From a virus, in UHGV virus genome UHGV-0117027: DNA of 17,497 nt; one strand, given 5' to 3'. The notes beneath the pieces are model-generated. The model made no database searches, had not been told where the DNA came from, and saw only the letters and a program-made list of their open reading frames with translations. The position numbers and the translations under genes were made by a program. This document shows, one piece after another, positions 1-7,183 of the stretch. The first letter of the stretch is position 1. Each line of letters starts with the position of its first letter.

Positions 1-2
1 CT

Positions 3-371
3 ATGAGTAAGATTGCGCGATTCAGTTACAAGGCATTAGCCACCATTTACCCCGTAACGCGTGACGACTGGACAAACTCCGATGTATACGGCGCACCATA
101 CCTGGTTGATTGCGCATGGGAACGCACGGACGGCACTGCAACAGACGCAAACGGGAATGAGGTTAGCAACACAATAACCGTATATACCGAACTGCTTCAT
201 AATTTGCAGCCAGTACAGCGCCCGGAAATTGGCTGGATGGTCGCAACTGGTGACACCACTGATATTTCCGACCCGCTGGCGGCAGGCGCGAACGTTATAA
301 CTGGGATCGTTAAATGGGATATGGGTCTATTTTACGATACGCCGGATTATAAGATCGTGACAGGGGGTTAA
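3..371 (+). CDS. head-tail joining / adaptor protein (putative, by position)
   Basis: 122-aa ORF from ATG at 3 (upstream context outside window); stop TAA 369-371 sits 2 nt before the next start; first gene of a tightly coupled head-tail/tail block. Function from synteny and size only. Confidence 0.4.
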   Translation: MSKIARFSYKALATIYPVTRDDWTNSDVYGAPYLVDCAWERTDGTATDANGNEVSNTITVYTELLHNLQPVQRPEIGWMVATGDTTDISDPLAAGANVITGIVKWDMGLFYDTPDYKIVTGG

Positions 372-373
372 TT

Positions 374-838
374 ATGCCTATTAAGGGCGTTAAACGCGTA
401 AGGGAGCGATTAAGGCAGGAGTTGAAGGAAATCACAGATAAAAAGACGCACGAAGTTTTATGGCGCGTTGGTATGCTGGCTGGTGGCTTCGCTGCAAACA
501 TGACCCCGGTTGATACGGGCTTTTTAATTAACAGCCAGTTTCAGTATATAGGGAACACGGCTGACGGTATGCAATTACGCCTGGGATATACGGCACGCTA
601 CGCTGAATGGGTGCACAACATGCCAGGTACATTAAAAGGACAGCCGCGCGAGCATTTCGGAAAAACAAATAACCTTTCAGATTTCGGACCCAAACAGGTA
701 ATAGAATTCGGCGGCGGTACTGGTAAGGGTAAATACTGGGATCCAAACGCGGAGCCGGAATTCTTGCGCAAGGCATTCGAAGACCCTAACCACGCTGATG
801 ATATTTACAAAGAAATTGTAGAAGGTTACAAGGTATGA
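374..838 (+). CDS. head-tail connector / tail completion protein (putative, HK97 gp10-like by position)
   Basis: 154-aa ORF; GGGGG Shine-Dalgarno upstream of ATG 374; stop overlaps next start (ATGA at 835-838), indicating translational coupling. Confidence 0.45.
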   Translation: MPIKGVKRVRERLRQELKEITDKKTHEVLWRVGMLAGGFAANMTPVDTGFLINSQFQYIGNTADGMQLRLGYTARYAEWVHNMPGTLKGQPREHFGKTNNLSDFGPKQVIEFGGGTGKGKYWDPNAEPEFLRKAFEDPNHADDIYKEIVEGYKV

Positions 839-1221
839 AACGCAGCGAAGTGTACGACAATATAAGGGATTGGATTAAATCCCACGGATACGATGAAGGC
901 TATATTTTGCAGGCCCGTTTCTGGAATGAAAAATCCAATTCGAATAACGACCGATATATTGTTATCCAGCAAAACGGCGGCGCGGCTGGCGAGGAAGCAA
1001 TAACCCGCGACTATTTCCGCATCCTGGTTATTTCTGCGCGTAATGATGCAAATATCAGTGAAGTGGAAGACCTGGCTGACGCCATCCGTCAAAGTATGTT
1101 AACAGAATATAAAACTGATAAAATTACACACATGAAGCCAGTTGGCGCTATTCCTGCGATGCAGACAAGAGAAGGGCGCTTTATTTTTACCGTAGCTTTT
1201 CAAACCATCATATCCAGATAA
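835..1221 (+). CDS. tail terminator / tail completion protein (putative)
   Basis: 128-aa ORF coupled to the upstream gene and immediately preceding the major tail gene; size and position typical of siphovirus tail terminator proteins. Confidence 0.45.
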   Translation: MKRSEVYDNIRDWIKSHGYDEGYILQARFWNEKSNSNNDRYIVIQQNGGAAGEEAITRDYFRILVISARNDANISEVEDLADAIRQSMLTEYKTDKITHMKPVGAIPAMQTREGRFIFTVAFQTIISR

Positions 1222-1234
1222 GAGGTAATTAAAC

Positions 1235-1711
1235 ATGTCTCAGACTTGCGAAAAAGGCGCGTTTTTAGGCCGCGACGTTGCTGTATTCTACGCTATCGCT
1301 TGTCCTAACGCGAAACCTGAAGACGGCTCTTATAAAGCGTTAGGCATGATGCGCGGCAAAACGCTTTCCGTAGAATGGGAAACCGCAGACGCCACCGCTG
1401 ATAAATCAGCAGACTACACCAAAGAATCACTTGTCACTTACAAATCTGTTTCTTTCTCAGGTGACGGCGTATCCCGTACTGAAGAAATTCATAATCAGAA
1501 GGCACTTAAACGCCACGTTATTAACCCAGGCGAAACAACCGGATCGCAACCATATGTTTGGCTTAAAATTGTTTCCCCGGCTGATGTGACTGAAGGTCCG
1601 TTTCTTTGCACTTCCTTTAAAGAAGAAGACCCTAACGACGACGTTTCCACCTGGTCCATTGAGTGTTCAAGTGCTGGCAAGGTGACGGTTGGCGACATCC
1701 CAGCAGCATAA
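1235..1711 (+). CDS. major tail tube protein
   Basis: 158-aa ORF with strong SD (AGAGGTAA) before ATG 1235; followed by a hairpin attenuator, then chaperone and tape measure, the canonical siphovirus order. Confidence 0.6.
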   Translation: MSQTCEKGAFLGRDVAVFYAIACPNAKPEDGSYKALGMMRGKTLSVEWETADATADKSADYTKESLVTYKSVSFSGDGVSRTEEIHNQKALKRHVINPGETTGSQPYVWLKIVSPADVTEGPFLCTSFKEEDPNDDVSTWSIECSSAGKVTVGDIPAA

Positions 1712-1729
1712 TAATCAATATTAACAATC

Positions 1730-1755
1730 GGGGCCATCTGGCCCCTTTCTTTTAA
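1730..1755 (+). terminator. rho-independent terminator / attenuator after major tail gene
   Basis: GGGGCC (1730-1735), loop ATCT, GGCCCC (1740-1745), then TTTCTTTT (1746-1753). Confidence 0.5.
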
Positions 1756-1765
1756 GGTGACAGCT

Positions 1766-2443
1766 ATGATCCATGTTCGAACGGGACAATTTGCGGCGGT
1801 GGTAGACGGCAGGCGGTACGTGTTTAATCCCTGCTTCGCTGCAATGGCTAAAATCGGCAGTGACAGCGAACTGGTCGAATACTTCGCAACCATACACGGT
1901 GGCAAATATCCATCACGATTGCCAGCGGATCCAGACCTTCGCAATCGCATTATGGCGCGGTGTTATGGTGAAATGGTGCAAACGTCCATGCACATCCTGA
2001 AATGTTGCTCAGACGACGAAATAGGCACGCTATTAGGCGAATGTAGGTTTACTCCTTCCGGCAAGTTACGACTAAGACCAGGACTGATGCCTACCAGTGA
2101 CGTTATCACGCTGGCGCAGCATTGCATGTACCACGGTTTAATCGGTGACGGGCCGGAAGAAAATACAAGCGAGATCCAGGAAGGTGAGTACAAGCCGACA
2201 TTTGATGTACTTGATTTCGTTTATTCTGCCGTTGCCCACCTGGGGTTATCTGAATCAGAAGCATGGGGCATGACAATGACCGGATATAGGGCCGCAGTAC
2301 GCGCCAAAATGCCGCAAGAAGCAAGAAACAAACAAAAACGACCAAATGTATTGCTTGACAAAAAGGCTTATGACGATGGAATGAGGGAGGCTATGGAGGT
2401 ACTGGAAAGAATGAAAAATCGCGAGCAAGAAAAAGCCCGGTAG
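1766..2443 (+). CDS. tail assembly chaperone (putative; single ORF, no frameshift partner visible)
   Basis: 225 aa from ATG 1766 (SD AAGGTGA at 1754-1760; the track start at 1757 is GTG). Lies between major tail and tape measure. Highly charged C-terminus. No overlapping +1/-1 ORF of useful length. Confidence 0.5.
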   Translation: MIHVRTGQFAAVVDGRRYVFNPCFAAMAKIGSDSELVEYFATIHGGKYPSRLPADPDLRNRIMARCYGEMVQTSMHILKCCSDDEIGTLLGECRFTPSGKLRLRPGLMPTSDVITLAQHCMYHGLIGDGPEENTSEIQEGEYKPTFDVLDFVYSAVAHLGLSESEAWGMTMTGYRAAVRAKMPQEARNKQKRPNVLLDKKAYDDGMREAMEVLERMKNREQEKAR

Positions 2444-2458
2444 ATCCGGGCTTTTTTT
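2434..2458. terminator. hairpin terminator, candidate bidirectional, between convergent genes
   Basis: GCCCGG (2435-2440), loop TAGAT, CCGGGC (2446-2451), flanked by A-run (2431-2434) and T-run (2452-2458); the chaperone stop TAG lies in the loop and the minus-strand gene ends at 2457. Confidence 0.7.
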
Positions 2459-2954
2459 AATAACCTATATAATATTCGTGGTGTTTATCTATTACTTTTT
2501 TATACATGTTAGCGCCTTCTTTGACGCACATGTTTTTGAAGTCAATTCTTACCCTATCTAATGCCATCCCGTCGGCAGCGGCATAAGCGTTATTGTCGTG
2601 ATCTTTTATCGCCCGTTCAGCAGCCATGATGGCAAGTCCAGCGACAAAGTTTTTAAATTCATTATCATTTTGTTTGTTTTCAGCAGCAGCCATCACGAAA
2701 GCGAAACTTTCACCGTGCGCTTTTATCATTTCAGCGTCACCTTTTTTGGTCCTGCTATCTTTATTTAAGATGAAATACTCCCAGTTAACGCCGTGCCTAC
2801 CAATTGAAAAAAAGTTTACATTTGCCATTGTATATGCTTTTTCGTAGGCTGGATAAATAGCGTCGCACATCTTGCTGACTTCATTACTTGCATTTGCATT
2901 GACCGCGAATATTGCCATGACCGCAGCTACCGCGACTTTTACTAGCCGTTTCAT
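2457..2954 (-). CDS. secreted protein of unknown function (N-terminal signal peptide)
   Basis: 165-aa ORF opposite to the tail genes; N-terminus MKRLVKVAVAAVMAIFAVNANA-SNE is a classic Sec signal peptide with an AxA site; SD GAGG 7 nt upstream of the ATG. Confidence 0.7.
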   Translation of the reverse strand: MKRLVKVAVAAVMAIFAVNANASNEVSKMCDAIYPAYEKAYTMANVNFFSIGRHGVNWEYFILNKDSRTKKGDAEMIKAHGESFAFVMAAAENKQNDNEFKNFVAGLAIMAAERAIKDHDNNAYAAADGMALDRVRIDFKNMCVKEGANMYKKVIDKHHEYYIGY

Positions 2955-2966
2955 AACCCGCCTCGA

Positions 2967-3056
2967 TTAATTTTTGTTTTTAAGTGCTTTTAACATTTCT
3001 TCTATGAAGTCCGCATAGCGTTCATGTTCGTTGGGACGATAGTTTACGTTTTTCAT
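2967..3056 (-). CDS. small ORF (29 aa), first gene of the leftward cassette
   Basis: ATG at 3056 preceded by AGAGGA SD with 7-nt spacer; encodes MKNVNYRPNEHERYADFIEEMLKALKNKN; stop 12 nt before the secreted-protein start. Too short for composition-based support. Confidence 0.3.
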   Translation of the reverse strand: MKNVNYRPNEHERYADFIEEMLKALKNKN

Positions 3057-3133
3057 TTTCTTATCCTCTTTTGCTTCCTCCGGTTTATCCGGTCCTTTCA
3101 AACCCCTTTGCTCTATCCCTTTCCTTTAGTCTC

Positions 3134-3162
3134 TTTATACAAAATGGAGTCGTTATAGTAAA
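3134..3162 (-). promoter_or_regulatory. candidate sigma70-type promoter for the leftward cassette
   Basis: Minus strand reads TTTACT (+ coords 3157-3162), 17-bp spacer, TATAAA (+ coords 3134-3139). By-eye match only. Confidence 0.3.
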
Positions 3163-3163
3163 G

Positions 3164-3202
3164 ACATTTTGTATAAAATAGATACACAGATCACAAAAGT
3201 GG
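3164..3202 (+). promoter_or_regulatory. conserved bipartite element upstream of the tape-measure gene
   Basis: ACATTTTGTATA (3164-3175), 8 bp, ACACAGATCACAAAA (3184-3198) then GTGGAG (SD). The same 12-mer and 15-mer recur exactly at 15342-15353 and 15367-15381. Confidence 0.5.
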
Positions 3203-3212
3203 AGTAACAATC

Positions 3213-5426
3213 ATGACAACAAATGTGGGCACGATTGAGTATACCGTTGACGCAAAAACCGAGCGGTTACTAGTAGCTCAACGCAAGGCGGAGGACTCGT
3301 TTGATAAAATCGAGCAAGGCGCTAAACGCACCGATAAATCAGTGCAGTCACTTAATACCACGATAAGTAATTTATCCAAAGCCGTGAACATTGGAATGAT
3401 GGTCATGGCTGCAAAAAAATTCCTGGAGATCGCAGATAACGTAAATCTGCTACGCGCCAGGGTAACACGACTATCAAGCGGCATTGCTGACGCAAAATCG
3501 AATTTTGACGGGATTGTTCAGATATCGAATCGCACAGGGATGAGTGTTCAAAGCACCGGGAAGCTGTGGGAAAGCCTAAAAGCCAGCCTACAGGATACCA
3601 GCGCGACCAGTCAGCAGGTATTGCAGCTTACCGACTCGCTTCAGAAAATAGGCCGTATCGGAGGTAGCTCATCAGATGAAATGTCAAACGCACTTCGCCA
3701 GTTAGGGCAGTCCCTGACGGGTGGCATTGTTCGCGCGGAAGAATACAACTCTGTGCTTGAAAACATGCCCGAAGTATGGCGACGCGTCGCCAAACAAATG
3801 GGGATCTCGATGGGTGAACTTCGCGCAAGAATGCTTGATGGTAAGCTCACCGCCGAGGATGTTACCAATTCAATTCTTGCTGGCGCAGAAGACATAGAGA
3901 AGGACTTCGCAAAACTGCCAACAACAACAGATCAGGCATTTAACGAGCTAAAAAACAACTTCGATCTGTTAATTGACACGCTAAACCAAACGCTTGGAGT
4001 GTCTGATTTGGTAGTTACTGGTATACAGGCTGTTTCTAGTGAAGTCCAGATGTTATCTGGTTGGTTTAAGTCCCTGGCGAGCGATAGCACGTCATTAACT
4101 GATAAATTGTGGCTATTGGCTGGGGCGTTTGAGGGTATAGTGCCTGGGCTTAGTTTGTTCCGCGCTCAAGCGAAACAGGTTGGATGGTTTGATGGCGGAG
4201 AACAGCCATTTGTTTCCACTCTCCCCACGGGGCAAGCTGGTGTAAGTCGCATAACGTTTAAGCCTCAACCTGGTGGTAAGGGTAAGAAAGGCAAAGGTAA
4301 AAAAACCGGCAAATCAGAAGCCGAGCGCCTTGCGGAACAGGGTGTGCGCATTTCAGATGCATATAACGAAGATTCGGCAGCAATGCGCAAAGCGCTTGAA
4401 TCACAAAAAGCCATAGATGCAGCCTTTAAAGCCGGGAAAATAACCATGCTTGAATACAAAGGCGCAATGAAGGGAATTGGTGATGAATTGCGCGAAACTC
4501 TGGCGGAAATTAACGACCCGATCAATAGGCTGCAAGAAAAATGGGACAAAATGATTCCATCACTGGATCAGAAGCGCGGTGAACTAGACCCAATACAGCA
4601 GGCGCAAAATGAATGGACCGTTCGTAAGCAAATGCTGGAAGATCTTGGCGCTACTGAGCAATATATGAGGGAACAAGAAAGAGCGCACGCACAGGAAATG
4701 CTCACCCTTGAGTGGGAGCGATATAAAGCACAGTCAATGAGCTACAAACTGTTGGGCGATACCGTTGATGCAATGGGCGGATCTGCAACAAATGCGCTTG
4801 TGGGCCTGGTTAACGGCACTCAAAGCTGGCAGCAGGCGCTGGCTAACATTGGCAATACAATCCTTTCCTCCGTTATCGGTACGCTTGTTCAAATGGGGGC
4901 TGAATGGGTCAAGCAGCAATTGATAGGCGAGGCCGCCAGCGCAGCCGCAACAGCTAAAGCATTGGCAGAGGCTACCGCTTTGGGATCTGCGTGGGCTACT
5001 CCTGCATACCTGGCAAACGTAGCCACGATGGGCGGCGCGGCGACCGTGGGGGGTACGAGTCTTGCCACTGGTGTGGCTGGAGCAAAAGCGCTTGGCCTGG
5101 CTGGCGCTCGTTATAACGGCGGTGCGGTGGCTGCGGGCAGCCTCTATAAGGTCGGCGAACACGGTAAACCGGAGATCTTTCAGGCGAGCAATGGGAGTCA
5201 GTACATGATCCCGGGTGACAACGGCAGGGTAATACCAAATCGCGACATTGGTGGTGCTGGTGGTGGTAGCGTTAGCATAAACGCGCCGATTAGTGTTTAC
5301 CCACAAAATGGATGGAGCGATGAGGATGCCAAAAAGCTGCAACAGGACATGGAAAGGATCTGCATGGGCCTGATGCACCGCGAATCATCCAGACCAGGCG
5401 GAATGCTGCAACCTCGCAGGAAATAA
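3213..5426 (+). CDS. tail tape measure protein
   Basis: 737-aa ORF after the chaperone; helical N-terminal two-thirds, a Lys/Gly-rich stretch (KPQPGGKGKKGKGKKTGK) and a Gly/Ala-rich C-terminal region; SD GGAG 9 nt upstream of the ATG. Confidence 0.9.
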   Translation: MTTNVGTIEYTVDAKTERLLVAQRKAEDSFDKIEQGAKRTDKSVQSLNTTISNLSKAVNIGMMVMAAKKFLEIADNVNLLRARVTRLSSGIADAKSNFDGIVQISNRTGMSVQSTGKLWESLKASLQDTSATSQQVLQLTDSLQKIGRIGGSSSDEMSNALRQLGQSLTGGIVRAEEYNSVLENMPEVWRRVAKQMGISMGELRARMLDGKLTAEDVTNSILAGAEDIEKDFAKLPTTTDQAFNELKNNFDLLIDTLNQTLGVSDLVVTGIQAVSSEVQMLSGWFKSLASDSTSLTDKLWLLAGAFEGIVPGLSLFRAQAKQVGWFDGGEQPFVSTLPTGQAGVSRITFKPQPGGKGKKGKGKKTGKSEAERLAEQGVRISDAYNEDSAAMRKALESQKAIDAAFKAGKITMLEYKGAMKGIGDELRETLAEINDPINRLQEKWDKMIPSLDQKRGELDPIQQAQNEWTVRKQMLEDLGATEQYMREQERAHAQEMLTLEWERYKAQSMSYKLLGDTVDAMGGSATNALVGLVNGTQSWQQALANIGNTILSSVIGTLVQMGAEWVKQQLIGEAASAAATAKALAEATALGSAWATPAYLANVATMGGAATVGGTSLATGVAGAKALGLAGARYNGGAVAAGSLYKVGEHGKPEIFQASNGSQYMIPGDNGRVIPNRDIGGAGGGSVSINAPISVYPQNGWSDEDAKKLQQDMERICMGLMHRESSRPGGMLQPRRK

Positions 5427-5432
5427 ACAAAA

Positions 5433-5460
5433 CCCCGGCACAATGCCGGGGCTATTTTAT
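5433..5460. terminator. hairpin terminator, candidate bidirectional, between convergent genes
   Basis: CCCCGGC (5433-5439), loop ACAAT, GCCGGGG (5445-5451), then TATTTTAT; on the other strand the hairpin is followed by TTTTGTTTATTT. The minus-strand 59-aa gene ends at 5457. Confidence 0.7.
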
Positions 5461-5636
5461 TCAATTTCATCATTTTTAAATTCGCCGTTTGCATAAAGCT
5501 GCAATGCTCTTATCAGTTCGTCAGCTTGCTTTTTGTCTATTACAATCATCTCGCAGTCGCTAACGATCCATAATCTTCCGTCATCTTCAATACTAAGATC
5601 AATCCTTCTGCATTCTTCAGTATCATGAATAATCAT
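5457..5636 (-). CDS. small protein (59 aa), unknown function
   Basis: ATG at 5636 with GAAGG SD 7 nt upstream; hand-translated as MIIHDTEECRRIDLSIEDDGRLWIVSDCEMIVIDKKQADELIRALQLYANGEFKNDEIE; last gene of a four-gene leftward operon. Confidence 0.5.
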   Translation of the reverse strand: MIIHDTEECRRIDLSIEDDGRLWIVSDCEMIVIDKKQADELIRALQLYANGEFKNDEIE

Positions 5637-5674
5637 TATAAACCTTCATCATGTTATTGATTTCGTGAATAAAT

Positions 5675-5845
5675 TTACTCAAATCTTGTATATCCTCTCT
5701 CAATTTTCCCTCCGTGTACACTTCTGGCAAATACCGCGTCAGTACACCTAAAAAATGGGCATGTATATGTATCCCCTTTACTATCCATATATTTTAGCAC
5801 CCATGCCATGCGTTTTACGTTGCTTTTATTTGCCGGATTTTTCAT
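5675..5845 (-). CDS. small protein (56 aa), unknown function
   Basis: Internal ATG at 5845 with GGAGG SD (8-nt spacer), preferred over the TTG start of the 64-aa track ORF; MKNPANKSNVKRMAWVLKYMDSKGDTYTCPFFRC... Confidence 0.45.
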   Translation of the reverse strand: MKNPANKSNVKRMAWVLKYMDSKGDTYTCPFFRCTDAVFARSVHGGKIERGYTRFE

Positions 5846-5876
5846 TTTGTTTTCCTCCGCAACATTCAAATCCGTG

Positions 5877-6131
5877 TCACTTGTGAGCGCCTTTCACCCC
5901 ACAGTGCCTGTTATATTCCAGGTGGTCAATAATTAACCACATCTTTAAATCTTCGCTGAATAACCGCCAATCGGGGTTGATGTCAAATTTATAACCGTAG
6001 CCATCGCGTAATTTTTTGGGGTTGGCCTCTTTTTTAAGAAAAGCATCAAGCAATTGCTTTCCTTTCTTGATGATCCGGTCCTGTGCGTTTTTCTGTGCTT
6101 TCAGGTTTTTACCAATCGCCACCAATTTCAT
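5877..6131 (-). CDS. small basic protein (84 aa); RelE/YafQ-like toxin fold is a weak by-eye candidate
   Basis: ATG at 6131 (track ORF starts at an upstream GTG). Lys-rich N-terminal half, then NPDWRLF strand, MWLIID strand and C-terminal EYNRH; recalled YafQ/RelE-type toxins share the PDW...strand...basic/His C-terminus pattern. Not verified by alignment. Confidence 0.5.
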   Translation of the reverse strand: MKLVAIGKNLKAQKNAQDRIIKKGKQLLDAFLKKEANPKKLRDGYGYKFDINPDWRLFSEDLKMWLIIDHLEYNRHCGVKGAHK

Positions 6132-6149
6132 AACACACCCCACAATCCA

Positions 6150-6305
6150 TTAGTTGACCACTTTCAGGAAGAAATCACGGTACTCGTTTTCCTTCGCATT
6201 CATCATGAATTGACCGTATTTGAATGCGTCATCAAAGCCTTTGACTATCGCCACTTCCACCTGTTCGAATGCGTTGTTCAGCATTACCACTACATAACGC
6301 TTCAT
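6150..6305 (-). CDS. small protein (51 aa), first gene of cassette
   Basis: ATG at 6305 preceded by AAAGGAGG SD (5-nt spacer); hand-translated as MKRYVVVMLNNAFEQVEVAIVKGFDDAFKYGQFMMNAKENEYRDFFLKVVN; stop 18 nt before the 84-aa gene start. Confidence 0.5.
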   Translation of the reverse strand: MKRYVVVMLNNAFEQVEVAIVKGFDDAFKYGQFMMNAKENEYRDFFLKVVN

Positions 6306-6346
6306 ATTGGCCTCCTTTGTCGGTACTGCTTTTTCTTCTTGCTTAC

Positions 6347-6375
6347 TATATACATCTTGTCACGCCTTATGTGAA
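6347..6375 (-). promoter_or_regulatory. candidate sigma70-type promoter for the four-gene leftward cassette
   Basis: Minus strand reads TTCACA (+ coords 6370-6375), 17-bp spacer, TATATA (+ coords 6347-6352), about 40 nt upstream of the first cassette start codon. Confidence 0.35.
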
Positions 6376-6390
6376 GCCATTTTGTAAACT
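6376..6390. promoter_or_regulatory. conserved intergenic element GCCATTTTGTAAACT
   Basis: 14 of 15 identical to GCCATTTTGTTAACT at 7972-7986; both sit at the head of a leftward cassette and contain the ACAAAATGG core on the minus strand. Confidence 0.45.
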
Positions 6391-6474
6391 GGTTATAATT
6401 CTTGTGATGAATTTCTCATTTTTCGCGTAGAAGCGCGTAAAGATGTATGCAATATGTAACTTATAGGGGGAATC

Positions 6475-6828
6475 ATGCCAGAAGTTTTCAGATGGACGCC
6501 GCAAAGAAGCTACAGCGTGACCAGGGAACCAAATGTGTCTGTCGTTAAACTTGGTGATGGTTATGAACAGCGCCAGGCGAAAGGGATTAACACGTTGCTT
6601 GATAGTTATACCCTGGTTTTCAAAGGCAGTAGCGCGGGATGTGGTGATGGTGGAAACGTGGCGATCCAGGCCGAAGCATTTTTGAGGGCGCGCGGCGCTG
6701 TCGAGGCGTTTTACTGGACTCCATCGATCGACGGGGTGCAAAGGCTTTTCGTTTGCCGTAGCTGGAGCATGACCAAAGACGGGCCTGTGTACACGCTAAA
6801 CGCAACGTTTGAACAAGTTGTTGGCTAA
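6475..6828 (+). CDS. M: minor tail protein M homologue (distal tail protein)
   Basis: 117 aa; N-terminal FRW...V..V.LGDGYEQR and C-terminal ...FEQVV match the lambda gpM pattern as recalled (FRW...FGDGYSQR...EFEQVV); GGGGGA SD upstream. Confidence 0.9.
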   Translation: MPEVFRWTPQRSYSVTREPNVSVVKLGDGYEQRQAKGINTLLDSYTLVFKGSSAGCGDGGNVAIQAEAFLRARGAVEAFYWTPSIDGVQRLFVCRSWSMTKDGPVYTLNATFEQVVG

Positions 6829-6840
6829 TGGGGGGTTGTT

Positions 6841-6981
6841 ATGTACGGGACTTGTGTGGTTGACAAAACTTACGCTTTTACATTGTTTGACGACTATGAG
6901 ATCAACGACCTTACTGTAAAAGCTGACAACGGCGATATATGGTATCTTCACGACGTTGGCGATGGGTACGTGGGGGTGTAG
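6841..6981 (+). CDS. small ORF (46 aa) downstream of M, unknown
   Basis: ATG 6841 preceded by GGGGGG SD (5-nt spacer), 13 nt after the M stop; MYGTCVVDKTYAFTLFDDYEINDLTVKADNGDIWYLHDVGDGYVGV; below the ORF-track length cutoff. Confidence 0.3.
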   Translation: MYGTCVVDKTYAFTLFDDYEINDLTVKADNGDIWYLHDVGDGYVGV

Positions 6982-7033
6982 ATCCCGGGAAGGGAAGGGG
7001 GTTTTATTTTTGGTTGATGGCGTATAAACACGA

Positions 7034-7061
7034 CCCCGCGCGAAGCGGGGTTATTATTATT
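7034..7061. terminator. GC hairpin with T-tract (candidate terminator, possibly bidirectional)
   Basis: CCCCGC (7034-7039), loop GCGAA, GCGGGG (7045-7050), then TTATTATTATT; the minus-strand cassette ends at 7057 inside the T-tract. Confidence 0.5.
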
Positions 7062-7173
7062 CCATTTCCATTAATGCTATATTTTCCGCTATCGTTTTCC
7101 AGTCCAGATCTACAGCATGAACGCCAAATACTATCAATCCCATTATTATTAGCGCCAAAACTTCTATTTTCAT
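7057..7173 (-). CDS. small hydrophobic peptide (38 aa), predicted single-pass membrane peptide
   Basis: ATG at 7173 with AGGTG SD (7-nt spacer); hand-translated as MKIEVLALIIMGLIVFGVHAVDLDWKTIAENIALMEME; the hydrophobic stretch LALIIMGLIVFGV would span a membrane. Confidence 0.4.
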   Translation of the reverse strand: MKIEVLALIIMGLIVFGVHAVDLDWKTIAENIALMEME

Positions 7174-7183
7174 AATCTGTCAC

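Noticed and set aside
1495-1950. 151-aa minus-strand ORF overlapping the major tail and chaperone genes
   Set aside because: Spans the major-tail stop, terminator and chaperone start on the opposite strand; no start context; conflicts with the tightly organised plus-strand operon.
2626-2847. 73-aa plus-strand ORF inside the secreted-protein gene
   Set aside because: Antisense to an ORF with signal peptide and SD; no RBS.
3170-3180. T4-type late promoter (TATAAATA) upstream of the tape-measure gene
   Set aside because: The sequence is TATAAAAT, not an exact match, occurs once, and the gene content is lambda-like rather than T4-like.
4734-5378. 214-aa minus-strand ORF inside the tape-measure gene
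   Set aside because: Entirely antisense to a high-confidence gene, no SD at its start, Cys/Arg/His-rich composition typical of the reverse strand of Ala/Gly-rich coding sequence.
6939-7175. 78-aa plus-strand ORF
   Set aside because: Runs through the terminator hairpin and T-tract, has low-complexity composition and no RBS; the region is better explained by the small 6841 ORF, the terminator and the minus-strand 38-aa gene.
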